This document shows positions 1 through 9,317 of a stretch of 53,491 nt of DNA, in pieces. The first letter of the stretch is position 1; each line of letters begins with the position of its first letter. The translations under genes were made by a program, and so were the position numbers. The stretch covers positions 1 through 53,491 of the forward strand of contig CANHXV010000001.1 in NCBI GenBank assembly GCA_947464665.1, given 5' to 3'. Source of the DNA: Comamonadaceae bacterium. Its GTDB lineage: Bacteria; Pseudomonadota; Gammaproteobacteria; Burkholderiales; Burkholderiaceae_C. Below the pieces are notes generated by a model. That model searched no databases and was not told the DNA's origin. It saw nothing but the letters and a program-made list of their open reading frames with translations.

Positions 1-371
1 ACATCAATGACTTGATGCCAATCTTCTTTGGACATATTGAAGAAAAATCGATCGCGCAAAATGCCTGCGTTGTTGATCACGCAATCGATGCGCCCATAAG
101 TGTCTACGGCCAGTTGCACCATGCGTGCCGCCGCATCCCAATCCGCCACGCTTTCACCATTGGCTATGGCTTCTCCCCCAGCAGCCTTGATTTCATCAAC
201 CACGCTTTGGGCACGCTTGTTGTCTGTGCCAACACCGTCCAAAGAGGCACCTAAATCGTTGACCACGACCTTGGCACCTTCGCGGCCCAATGCAAGTGCA
301 AATTCACGGCCAATACCGCCGCCTGCCCCTGTGACCAAGACGACTTTATCTTTGGCAAATCCTGACTTCAT
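1..371 (-). CDS. SDR family oxidoreductase (runs off the window edge; 3' part missing)
   Basis: Not in the ORF track. Manual translation from ATG at 371 gives MKSGFAKDKVVLVTGAGGGIGREFALALGREGAKVVVNDLG...INNAGILRD, with TGxxxGIG and NNAG motifs. The ATG overlaps the stop of the upstream gene (ATGA). Confidence 0.93.
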   Translation of the reverse strand, partial: MKSGFAKDKVVLVTGAGGGIGREFALALGREGAKVVVNDLGASLDGVGTDNKRAQSVVDEIKAAGGEAIANGESVADWDAAARMVQLAVDTYGRIDCVINNAGILRDRFFFNMSKEDWHQVID

Positions 372-1165
372 TTTTCGTCATCCTGTTTGGGCCGCATGTG
401 TTCAGTGGCCACTTCTTCAATGCGATGCCATACCTCTTGCGCCATGGGGTTGCGCGATTCTTCTAAGATGTGTCCCACCAAGCCCACCGCGCGCGCCATC
501 ACGCCCAAACCGCGACAAATCTTCCAATCAAACCCCATCTCGCAGCAAAGTGCACCAATGGCACCTGTCGCGTTCATCGGCATGGGTTTACCTGAGACCA
601 AACTGGCTTGGGCAGCCACGGCGTCCATCAGCTTGAGATAAGGTCCATCGAATCCGGTTTCCACTGCAATTTGCTTCAGACGGGGTGTGCGGGGATCAAT
701 TGGCTTGTGAAAAGGATGCCCAATTCCCGGCACTATGGCACCGCGGCTTTTGTAAGAATCGACCACCTTCACCGCCAAGGCTTGGAGGTCCTGCTGAGGT
801 TCTTTAGAAGGCATGGTTTCATAAAGGAGCTTGGCAGCACCCTCAATGCTGCCCACAAACACGGTGCCTAAACCATTCAAGCCGGCCGCCACGGCGCCTT
901 GTAGCGACTCTGGTGCCCCCAAATAGGTCATGCGGGCCACCAAAGCGCTAGGTGTAATGCCGTGCTCAACCAGAGTAACCACCATGGCGTTGAACATGCG
1001 AGATTCATTGGGATTGGGAAAACGGCCTGTCAGCTCCAAAAAGCCCATGTCTCCTAAGTTCAGGTGGCCTAGAATTTCATTGGGGAAATCCTTGCCAAAG
1101 AGTGTGATGCTCGAGGCGTCGCTCCACCCAATGTCTGTCCGTATACTCTTTTGCTTGCGTGCCAC
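368..1165 (-). CDS. Citryl-CoA lyase / citrate synthase-like protein
   Basis: Motifs LVEHGITPSAL, GIGHPFHKPIDPR, NATGAIG and RAVGLVGH. Start moved to GTG at 1165, which has an AGGAGG RBS upstream (ORF track extends to 1240). Confidence 0.85.
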   Translation of the reverse strand: MARKQKSIRTDIGWSDASSITLFGKDFPNEILGHLNLGDMGFLELTGRFPNPNESRMFNAMVVTLVEHGITPSALVARMTYLGAPESLQGAVAAGLNGLGTVFVGSIEGAAKLLYETMPSKEPQQDLQALAVKVVDSYKSRGAIVPGIGHPFHKPIDPRTPRLKQIAVETGFDGPYLKLMDAVAAQASLVSGKPMPMNATGAIGALCCEMGFDWKICRGLGVMARAVGLVGHILEESRNPMAQEVWHRIEEVATEHMRPKQDDEK

Positions 1166-1259
1166 TCTTGGCCTCCTGTCCTTTGGATGACCTATCCTAT
1201 GCCGGTGAATGCCAGACAACAAGTCAAATAATCTGAGCAATTGTTAAAAGGAAATTCAA

Positions 1260-2147
1260 ATGCGAGTGAATCTCAAGGTGTTATCGACCTTTCTGGCCGT
1301 GGCAGAGAACGAGAGCTTTCGCAAGGCCGCAGAGCAAACCAATATCTCTTTGCCAGCTGTGAGCATGCAGATCAAGCAGTTGGAGGAACGCTTGGGTGTG
1401 GCTTTGCTGCAGCGCACCACCCGCAAAGTGGTGCTAACCCATGAAGGCGAAAAGTTAATGATCAGCACGCGCAAAGCGATGGCCGAAATTGATGCTGCAC
1501 TGTTAAGCATTGAGCAAGCGGCCAATGCGCAACAAGGCAATTTGGTTTTTGCATGTGTGCCGACAGTGGCAAGTACCCGCCTGCCCACACTGGTGACCGA
1601 ATTTGCCAGAAACTATCCAGGGATTTCTGTGGGCATTCGAGAAACGGCTCAACCTGAATTGTTGGAAGCCATTCGAAAAAGAGAGGTTGACTTTGGCATT
1701 GGGCCCATGCCAGAAAAAATAGGGGTATTTCAATGCACACCTCTGTTTGAAGACCCTTACGTGGCCTTGGTCCCAGAAGACCATCCACTGGCCGATAAAA
1801 ACGGAGTTTCTTTAAGGGAACTCACCAAAATCTCACCTTCTCTGTTGATGCTGGGTTCTTCACAATTCCAACAACAATTGAATGAAGTCCTCCTCAAAAA
1901 CAAGATCAGTCTTGAGCGCAATTACGACTTCACGCACGTCAGTACCATGGCCGCCATGATTGAAGCGGGCTTAGGTGTGGGCATTTTGCCAAAGGTGGCA
2001 GTGCCTCGACAGACGTCTCTCAAAGTGGTCAATATCGTTCGCCCCGTCATGTCTCGCACCATTGCCATTATTTCAATGCGAGGCCATTCTTTGTCGACGG
2101 CCTCCCAGCGTTTCGTTGATATGTGCAATGAGGTTTTAAAAGCCTAA
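1260..2147 (+). CDS. LysR family transcriptional regulator
   Basis: N-terminal HTH (SFRKAAE...SLPAVSMQIKQLEERLGVALLQRTTRKV), 295 aa, divergent from the lyase/SDR genes. Confidence 0.96.
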   Translation: MRVNLKVLSTFLAVAENESFRKAAEQTNISLPAVSMQIKQLEERLGVALLQRTTRKVVLTHEGEKLMISTRKAMAEIDAALLSIEQAANAQQGNLVFACVPTVASTRLPTLVTEFARNYPGISVGIRETAQPELLEAIRKREVDFGIGPMPEKIGVFQCTPLFEDPYVALVPEDHPLADKNGVSLRELTKISPSLLMLGSSQFQQQLNEVLLKNKISLERNYDFTHVSTMAAMIEAGLGVGILPKVAVPRQTSLKVVNIVRPVMSRTIAIISMRGHSLSTASQRFVDMCNEVLKA

Positions 2148-2148
2148 T

Positions 2149-3636
2149 TTAATTGCGCAAAAAAGCGGGCAATTCATCCAAGATGAGGGTCTTGGTTTCT
2201 AGGTATGGCAACAACCCCTCCACCCCGCCCTCGCGGCCCAGGCCAGATTGTTTGAAGCCGCCAAAGGCAATGCTGAAATCACTGCGAAAAGCATTTTGGC
2301 CCACTGTTCCAGTTCGCAGTTGACGGCCGATGGCGTAGGCCCGCTCGGCATCGTGTGTGAACACAGATGCATTAAGACCATAGACTGAATCGTTGGCTGT
2401 CAAAACGGCGGCTTGTTCGTTCTCCACTGGAATAACCGACAGTACAGGCCCAAAAATTTCTTCCCGTGCAATGACTGAATTGTTGGAAATATTGCCGAAT
2501 ACAGTTGGCTCCACAAAATGACCGCGCGGGGTGTGCTGCGGCCGTTTACCACCCGTCACCAGCTTGCCTCCACCATCACAGCCTTTTGCAATGAAGCCCT
2601 CAACCCGCTCACGATGTTTGGCTGTGGCCAAAGGACCCATGCCAGTTTGCGCATCAAAGGGGTCGCCCACTTTAATTTGACCAAAATGATTCGCCATGGC
2701 TTCAAGCAATTGAGACTGCCGATGTTTAGAAACAATGATGCGTGTTAACGAAGAACAGGCTTGACCTGTGAGATAGGTTGCACTTTTGGAAAGTGACTGG
2801 GCCACCAAGTCAAGGTCATAGTCATCGAGAACAATGCCTGCAGATTTTCCGCCCAACTCTAAGGTAACACGCGCAATTCGTTCGCCGCAGATGGAGGCAA
2901 TTCGCTTGCCTGCCAGAGTTGAGCCAGTGAACGAAACTTTATCAACCCCTGAATGGCGCACCAAGTATTCAGACACTTGTCGGTCTGCGGTGAGCACATT
3001 GAAAACGCCAGGCGGAAGACCTGCTGCTTCACAAATTTCAGCCATCAAATAAGGTGAGCTTGGCGCCTCGGGTGAGGCTTTCAAAACCACAGCACAACCG
3101 GCCATGAGCGCAGGTGCAACTTTGAAAGTCATCAGCCGCAGTGGGCCATTCCAAGGAATGATGCAAGCAGCTACACCCACTGGTTCTCGAACCAGCAATC
3201 CAAAATTACCGCCGCCTTTGGGGTGATGCTTTTCTATGAAGGGAAATGTGTCGGCCAAACTGGCGTAATAGCGATAAGCATCACCCAGCGTTTTGGCTGT
3301 GACGCGAGCAGCGCTGTTCACCACGCCGGACTCAGTGGTCCAAACGCGGGCTAAATCTTCGCTACGACGGTCTAACTCATCAGCAATGGCGCGCATGTAA
3401 ACGGCCCGTTCGGCAGGCGTCATGCGGGGCCAGGGCCCTTCGTCAAATGCTTTTCGAGCAGCGGCCACTGCGCGGTCGACGTCGACCTCCTCCGCTTCCG
3501 GCACACTCAAAAAAGGATCCTCAGTCGCTGAATCAATGACTTGGATCCTGCGCGAACCTGAGGGCGCAATCCATTGGCCCCCAATAAAGAGCTTGTCTGG
3601 GTGAGCAAGATGAAAGGGACTCAAGTCAGTGCGCAT
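2149..3636 (-). CDS. Aldehyde dehydrogenase
   Basis: IIPWNGP, FTGST, LELGGKS, catalytic GQAC and EEIFGPV motifs. Confidence 0.96.
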   Translation of the reverse strand: MRTDLSPFHLAHPDKLFIGGQWIAPSGSRRIQVIDSATEDPFLSVPEAEEVDVDRAVAAARKAFDEGPWPRMTPAERAVYMRAIADELDRRSEDLARVWTTESGVVNSAARVTAKTLGDAYRYYASLADTFPFIEKHHPKGGGNFGLLVREPVGVAACIIPWNGPLRLMTFKVAPALMAGCAVVLKASPEAPSSPYLMAEICEAAGLPPGVFNVLTADRQVSEYLVRHSGVDKVSFTGSTLAGKRIASICGERIARVTLELGGKSAGIVLDDYDLDLVAQSLSKSATYLTGQACSSLTRIIVSKHRQSQLLEAMANHFGQIKVGDPFDAQTGMGPLATAKHRERVEGFIAKGCDGGGKLVTGGKRPQHTPRGHFVEPTVFGNISNNSVIAREEIFGPVLSVIPVENEQAAVLTANDSVYGLNASVFTHDAERAYAIGRQLRTGTVGQNAFRSDFSIAFGGFKQSGLGREGGVEGLLPYLETKTLILDELPAFLRN

Positions 3637-3672
3637 GGCAAATCAATCAATTAAAAATGAAGGCAAAACAAT

Positions 3673-4647
3673 TTAAGGTTTGAGTCCGAGTTCTTGCACC
3701 AAGGTAGCCGTAGCGGGACTTTCAAGTTGTACCGATTTTGCAAGCTCAACACCATCACGCCAATTGGTTTGAACACCCAAGCTCAACAATTTGTCTTTCA
3801 CCGCATCGGAAGTCACCGAAGCTTGCACATCGGATTGAATCTTCTTCAGCAAAGCGGGTGTCATGCCACGCGGTGCCAGCATGATATGCGATAGGCTGAC
3901 GCGCTGGTCTTTCATTCCGAGTTCTAGCAAGGTTGGCACATTGGGCAAGGTGCTCAAGCGACTGGGTGTGGTCACTGCCAAGGCTTTGAATTTGCCGTTT
4001 TGAATAAAGGGTAGATTGTTGGGAACAGCATCGACCGCCAATTGAATTTCACCGCCCATGAGGGCTTTGGTGGTGTCTGGGCCACTCTTGTAAGGCACCC
4101 AAGTGAATTTGATTTTTGCCTGCCGCGCAAATTGCTCTAAAAGCAGTTGTGTCACTGTTGCAGGACCGCCAGCATTCAAATCACTGGGCCGCGCTTTGGC
4201 CATGTCTATCAGGTCATTCAAGTTTTTGGCAGGCGATGTATCGCTCACCAACAACAACATGGGCACCGAGGTGAGTTGGCCTACATAGGTGAAATCATTG
4301 ACAGGATCGTAAGGCACTTTCGCCAGGGTGTGGGGCGTCAATGTCAGGGTGCTGTTGATGGCCATCAGCAAGGTGTACCCGTCTGGCGCTGCGCGCAGAA
4401 CTTCAGCGGCCGCAATAACGGTATCGCCACCAGGTTTGTTGTCTACCAAGACTTGTTGGCCCCAACGCTGTGACAAGTCTTGGGCAATGACCCGCGCTGT
4501 GACATCTGCCGTCCCGCCGGCACCAAAAGGAATGACCAAGCGCACGGTCCGATTAGGCCAAGATTGGGCTGCAGCGTTTAAACCAAAGATCAGCATCGAA
4601 GCACTTAGCAAGGCACCCAACAAGGTCTTGAATTGTTTTTTCATCAT
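3673..4647 (-). CDS. Bug/TctC tripartite tricarboxylate transporter substrate-binding protein
   Basis: Signal peptide, then WPNRTVRLVIPFGAGGTADV, VDNKPGG, APDGYTLL and VPYKSG. Confidence 0.94.
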   Translation of the reverse strand: MMKKQFKTLLGALLSASMLIFGLNAAAQSWPNRTVRLVIPFGAGGTADVTARVIAQDLSQRWGQQVLVDNKPGGDTVIAAAEVLRAAPDGYTLLMAINSTLTLTPHTLAKVPYDPVNDFTYVGQLTSVPMLLLVSDTSPAKNLNDLIDMAKARPSDLNAGGPATVTQLLLEQFARQAKIKFTWVPYKSGPDTTKALMGGEIQLAVDAVPNNLPFIQNGKFKALAVTTPSRLSTLPNVPTLLELGMKDQRVSLSHIMLAPRGMTPALLKKIQSDVQASVTSDAVKDKLLSLGVQTNWRDGVELAKSVQLESPATATLVQELGLKP

Positions 4648-4890
4648 GTCTCCAAGGTTGAAAAATTTTTCCTAGCAACTTTGAGGCTTGCAGGAAACGT
4701 ATCAAGCAGTATCCAAAGTTTGATGGCGACTGTGAATTCACTTTTACTGAAGAATTGTTCAGACTAAGGCGCCCTATCGCTTTAAGCATCATGCCAATAA
4801 GGCAATTTAATCATTGAACAAAGGTTAAGGAAATTCGACTTGTACCCAAGCGCATAGGGGGATAGCATTTGGGTTTTTGATTTCAAAGTC

Positions 4891-5952
4891 ATGCCCATGA
4901 AGAGCTATCAAATCGTAGACTGGGGTCAACCCTTAGAAGCTAGGCAAGTCGACATGCCCGTACCTCGTGGAAACGAGGTGTTGGTTAAAGTGGGCGCTGC
5001 TGGTTTGTGCCACAGCGACATCCACCTGCGCGATGGCTACTTCGATTTGGGTGGTGGCAAAAGACTCACTGCAGCCCAGTACGGCGCCAAAATGCCCATG
5101 ACCTTGGGTCATGAAATAGCCGGTACGGTGTTTCAGGTGGGCGAAGGCGTAAAGCAGGCCTGGACGGGTGCCAACGTGCTGGTCTACCCTTGGATTGGGT
5201 GTGGCAAGTGTGATGCATGCCAAGATTTGCGCGATACCGACTGCGAAGCCCAACGCAGCTTAGGCGCCAAAGCTGATGGTGGCTTTAGCGAATATGTGCT
5301 GGTACCCGATGCCAGATACCTGATTGACATTGGCCAGCTCGATATGCATGCTTCAGCCACTTTGGCATGCTCTGGCCTGACGGCATTTGGCGCCCTGAAA
5401 AAAATGCCCCCCATGAAACCCACCGATCGCATTTTGCTCATTGGCGCAGGCGGTTTGGGACTCTCTGCTCTGGCTGCAGCACGTCTAGTGACCAAGGCAG
5501 GTTTGGTGGTGGCCGACATTGACCCCATCAAATTGGAAGCCGCCAAACAACAAGGCGCCGATGTTATTTTTGACAATCGCACACCCGACACAGCGGCTGC
5601 ACTCAAGGCTGCAGCGGGTGGCCCTATTCGAGGTGTGATTGACTTTGTGGGCAGCGGAACAACAGCTTCGCTGGCCATGGGTGTAGCCGTCAAAGGCACT
5701 GTCATTGTGGTGGTGGGATTGATGGGTGGGAGCTTAGAAATTGCCTTGCCCTTGCTTTCACCGCGCAACCTTACCATTCGGGGCTCTCACGTAGGCACAT
5801 TCGATGAGCTCAAAGAGCTGGTGGAGTTTTCAAGAAATGGCCAGCTTCCTGGCATTCCTCTCACACGCCGACCCATGAGCGAAGTGAATGAGGCATTGAG
5901 CGATTTAGAGAACGGCAAGTCCGTAGGCAGGATTGTGCTTACCCCCAACTAA
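4891..5952 (+). CDS. Zn-dependent alcohol dehydrogenase (MDR family)
   Basis: GLCHSD, GHE, structural Zn motif CGKCDAC...C, and GAGGLG. Confidence 0.95.
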   Translation: MPMKSYQIVDWGQPLEARQVDMPVPRGNEVLVKVGAAGLCHSDIHLRDGYFDLGGGKRLTAAQYGAKMPMTLGHEIAGTVFQVGEGVKQAWTGANVLVYPWIGCGKCDACQDLRDTDCEAQRSLGAKADGGFSEYVLVPDARYLIDIGQLDMHASATLACSGLTAFGALKKMPPMKPTDRILLIGAGGLGLSALAAARLVTKAGLVVADIDPIKLEAAKQQGADVIFDNRTPDTAAALKAAAGGPIRGVIDFVGSGTTASLAMGVAVKGTVIVVVGLMGGSLEIALPLLSPRNLTIRGSHVGTFDELKELVEFSRNGQLPGIPLTRRPMSEVNEALSDLENGKSVGRIVLTPN

Positions 5953-5996
5953 GTATGTCTAAGCTGGTTTTTTCAAAGCTTCAGATGTAAGACAAC

Positions 5997-6803
5997 TTAA
6001 TTCCAAGCCAACTGCCTTGAAATCATGCCGCACGTCGACAACAACTGTTGCGCGTGTTCTATGACCTTGCTTTCCATCCGATGCCTGGGCCCTGCAACGG
6101 CCACGGCCAAGGTTTCTGAGTTGACATTCAAAAAGGCAGACACGGCCCACACATCGGTTACGTTTTCACCGCGGGTCACAAAGTAGCCGCGCTTTCTGCT
6201 GGCCAAAATATCGGCAATCAAATCGTCTGCTGTTGTGATGGTGTTTTCGGTAATGCGTTTGAAATCTCGACCCAAGAGTTGACTGCGCAATTCAGCTTCT
6301 TTCAGACTGCCCATCAAGGCTTTGCCAATGGCACTCGCGTGCAAGGGTTTGAACTCTCCTGACTTAGACGAATACCTGATGGAGTTCAGGCTCTCAAACA
6401 CTTGCAAATAAATCACAGAATTGCCTTGACGCTTGCCCAAAATAATTGTCTCTTGGGTACTGTCCCGCAGCCGCTCCAACATTGGCATGACGTTCTCCAC
6501 AAAGGGGTCATGCGCATGAATATCACGGGCCACATCCAGCAAACGCCTAGTTGGATACAAAGCACGGGGTCGCGTGAGTGAATACAAAAAACCCCGCGCG
6601 ATCAGCGTTGCCACGATGGCGTGGCAACTGCTTTTGGGAATGGCCGTCATTTCTGCTAACTCAGTAAGAGACAGCGGTTTTTGAACACGTTGAAATGCAT
6701 CCAAGATGTCCAACATGCGTCCGATCGCAGTTACGGCTGTACCTGATGCACTCACTTGTTCGATATTTGGAACAAGTTCTTTTAATGTTGATTTTCTTTT
6801 CAT
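5997..6803 (-). CDS. IclR family transcriptional regulator
   Basis: HTH LSLTELAEMTAIPKSSCHAIVATL and the IclR motif PLHASAIGKALM. The true start may be GTG at 6755. Confidence 0.95.
   Translation of the reverse strand: MKRKSTLKELVPNIEQVSASGTAVTAIGRMLDILDAFQRVQKPLSLTELAEMTAIPKSSCHAIVATLIARGFLYSLTRPRALYPTRRLLDVARDIHAHDPFVENVMPMLERLRDSTQETIILGKRQGNSVIYLQVFESLNSIRYSSKSGEFKPLHASAIGKALMGSLKEAELRSQLLGRDFKRITENTITTADDLIADILASRKRGYFVTRGENVTDVWAVSAFLNVNSETLAVAVAGPRHRMESKVIEHAQQLLSTCGMISRQLAWN
6754..6777. promoter_or_regulatory. Candidate IclR operator, second copy
   Basis: Palindrome ACTTGTTC-GATATTTG-GAACAAGT, 60 bp from the similar site at 6816. Confidence 0.6.
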
Positions 6804-6815
6804 TTAAATTAAAGT

Positions 6816-6835
6816 TTGTTCGATTTATCGAACAA
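6816..6835. promoter_or_regulatory. Candidate IclR operator (PcaR/PobR-box-like)
   Basis: Perfect palindrome TTGTTCGAT-TT-ATCGAACAA between the divergent IclR and crotonase genes. Resembles the PcaR/PcaU-type GTTCGATAATCGCAC box with one extra central base. Confidence 0.75.
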
Positions 6836-6877
6836 CTATTCTTGCATGTGAATTATTGAAATATACCATCTCTTCCA

Positions 6878-7687
6878 ATGCAACATTCAAATTCACCAGC
6901 ACCAACGTCAGGGCAAGCGGGCCAAATACAAACGCGAGAAACGCCAGAGGGCGCAGTTTGGCTCACCATTAACCGCGCAGAAAAGCACAACGCACTGGCA
7001 CGACAGGTACTTTTGGACTTGGCGGCCCATGTAAGAGCGCTGGGTCAACAAGCGCATGTGCGGTACATCGTCATCACTGGCGCCGGCGACAAATACTTTG
7101 CAGCTGGCGGTGACCTGCGAGAACTTACCAACGTGCGCGACGCACACGCTGTCCACACCATGATGACGGACGCTTTTGGTTCACTTCAAGCAATACGCCA
7201 ATGTCCAGTCCCGGTCATCGCACTGCTCAATGGCGATGCCATTGGCGGTGGGGGCGAGTTGGCGGCTGCCTGTGACATGCGCCTCATGGCATCGCATGCG
7301 CGGATCGGTTATATCCAAGCCAAGCTGGCCATCACCTCGGCATGGGGGGGCGGCCCCGATTTGTTCAAACTGGTGGGCCCCGCTCGTGCCATGCGCATGA
7401 TGACGCGCTGCGAACTGATTGACGCAGCCACCGCTCAATCTTGGGGTTTGGCCGACGCCATCCTTTCGGATGGCGTTGACGGGTCAGACATTGCAGCCTT
7501 TTTGAAACCGCTGAACCATTGCTCAACGCTTGTGCTTCGCGGCATCAAGGCACAAGCCATCGCCGCTCGTTCAAACAGCAGTTGGGCTGAGCACCGGGAT
7601 ATCGAAGAGCAACATTTGGTCCGCACTTGGTTGCATGACGACCATTGGGCAGCCGCAGAAAAGCTGCTCAAAAAAACCAGCGCTTAA
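6878..7687 (+). CDS. Crotonase-superfamily protein, possibly an acylmalonyl-CoA decarboxylase
   Basis: FAAGGDL and AIGGGGELAAACDMR motifs. The second catalytic Glu of hydratases is replaced (IGYIQAKLAITSAWGG). Confidence 0.9.
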   Translation: MQHSNSPAPTSGQAGQIQTRETPEGAVWLTINRAEKHNALARQVLLDLAAHVRALGQQAHVRYIVITGAGDKYFAAGGDLRELTNVRDAHAVHTMMTDAFGSLQAIRQCPVPVIALLNGDAIGGGGELAAACDMRLMASHARIGYIQAKLAITSAWGGGPDLFKLVGPARAMRMMTRCELIDAATAQSWGLADAILSDGVDGSDIAAFLKPLNHCSTLVLRGIKAQAIAARSNSSWAEHRDIEEQHLVRTWLHDDHWAAAEKLLKKTSA

Positions 7688-7715
7688 CAAATCAATTTTT
7701 CAAAGGTGAACAGCA

Positions 7716-9317
7716 GTGGCATCATTTTCTGAACCTCAGCTCGACAAGGTCAGTCGAAGTGGCATTGAAATTCCCGCCAGCGTCGACGCTGGCGCTGTGA
7801 ACGCCGACAAAATTGGCAAGGCAGGAGAATACCCATTCACTCGCGGTATTTTTCCAGATGGCTATCAAGGCCGCTTGTGGACCATTCGGCAGTACTCTGG
7901 TTTTGGAACTGCAGAAGAGTCGAATGAGCGCTACAAATTTCTTTTAGCCCAGGGCCAAACAGGCTTGTCGGTTGCGCTCGATTTACCAACACAGTGCGGC
8001 TACGACCCCACTCACCCCATGGCCAGACCCGAGATTGGGAAAGTGGGCGTGTCACTGTCGAATCTCTCTGAAGCAGAAATTCTCTTCAAAGACTTAGACC
8101 TTTCCAAAATATCCACGTCCTTCACCATCAACGGTACGGCCGCCATCATCTACGCCATGTATTTGGCTGTGGCCGACAAGCAAGGTGTGCACCGCTCCAA
8201 ACTGACTGGCACCATTCAAAATGATATTTTGAAGGAATACGTGGCACGAGGCACTTGGATTTTTCCGGTCAAGCCTTCTATGCGTCTCATTGCCGATTCC
8301 ATTTTGTATTCCAACGACGAAACACCGCGCTTCAACCCCATCAGCATTGCGGGCGCACACGTTCGAGATGCAGGTGCGACGGCTGCTGAAGAAATGGCCT
8401 ATACCTTGGCCAATGGCTTGGCGTATGTTGATGAATTGAACAGCCGCGGCGGAGACATTGAAAAGTTTGCAAAGCGCTTGTCCTTCTTTTTCTATGTTCA
8501 CATGGACTTCTTTGAGGAGATTGCCAAGTTCCGCGCGGGACGCCGAATTTGGGCCAAGCTGATGAAGGAACGCTATGGTGCTCAAGATCCCAAAGCACAA
8601 CACTTTCGATTTGGTGTGGTCTGCGGTGGTTCTTCCTTAGTGGCGCCGCAAGCCTACAACAATGTGGTGCGAGTGGCCGTTGAAACCATGGCCGCAGTAT
8701 TTGGAGGCGCACAGTCTATTTTTACATGTGCCATGGACGAAGCCTTCCAAATTCCAACCGAGTTCAGTGCCGAACTGGCTGTGCGCACACAGCAAATCAT
8801 TGCCTATGAGTCAGGCATCGCTCGAAGCGTCGACCCCTTGGGTGGAAGCTACGTGCTGGAGCAATACACCGACAAGATGGAAGAAACCATTTTGGGCATC
8901 ATGCATGAGATTGATGCCTATGGCGGCGTAACCAAAGCAATTGAAGATGGATGGCTACAACTTCGTTTGGCCAGACGTGGTTTAGAAAGAAAAGTCGATA
9001 CGGACAGTGGTAAGAATGTGGTGGTGGGTCAAAACCATTTTCGCAAAGCCGATGAAGAGATTGGTGTCGGTGATGTTTTCAAACTCGATCCCACCGTCGC
9101 ACAACGCGCGTTAGAAAAATTTGAACGCACACTCAATTCCCGTGATCAAGTGCAAGTGGACCATTCATTGGCTCAACTTTCAAAAGCGGCTGCAGATGAC
9201 AAAGTCAATGTCATGCCTTACCTCGTCGACTGCTGTCATGCCTACGCTACTGTGGGTGAGATGGTGGCTTGTCTGAAAAAAGAATGGGGCGAATTTCAGG
9301 AGCCCGTCAATTTATGA
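7716..9317 (+). CDS. B12-dependent acyl-CoA mutase, large (substrate-binding) subunit
   Basis: GEYPFTRG, WTIRQYSGF, GLSVALDLPTQ, TIQNDILKEY and DPLGGSY. GTG start. Confidence 0.95.
   Translation: MASFSEPQLDKVSRSGIEIPASVDAGAVNADKIGKAGEYPFTRGIFPDGYQGRLWTIRQYSGFGTAEESNERYKFLLAQGQTGLSVALDLPTQCGYDPTHPMARPEIGKVGVSLSNLSEAEILFKDLDLSKISTSFTINGTAAIIYAMYLAVADKQGVHRSKLTGTIQNDILKEYVARGTWIFPVKPSMRLIADSILYSNDETPRFNPISIAGAHVRDAGATAAEEMAYTLANGLAYVDELNSRGGDIEKFAKRLSFFFYVHMDFFEEIAKFRAGRRIWAKLMKERYGAQDPKAQHFRFGVVCGGSSLVAPQAYNNVVRVAVETMAAVFGGAQSIFTCAMDEAFQIPTEFSAELAVRTQQIIAYESGIARSVDPLGGSYVLEQYTDKMEETILGIMHEIDAYGGVTKAIEDGWLQLRLARRGLERKVDTDSGKNVVVGQNHFRKADEEIGVGDVFKLDPTVAQRALEKFERTLNSRDQVQVDHSLAQLSKAAADDKVNVMPYLVDCCHAYATVGEMVACLKKEWGEFQEPVNL

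Noticed and set aside
12-1190. Plus-strand ORFs here, and the many other 60-240 aa overlapping ORFs in the track
   Set aside because: They are antisense or alternate-frame shadows of well-supported genes and have no recognisable motifs.
6804-7715. Cobalamin riboswitch upstream of the mutase operon
   Set aside because: The intergenic gaps are too short (74 and 28 nt) and no B12-box is visible.
7716-9317. Naming the mutase mcm/scpA, icmA, hcmA or ecm
   Set aside because: The combination of specificity residues fits none of them.
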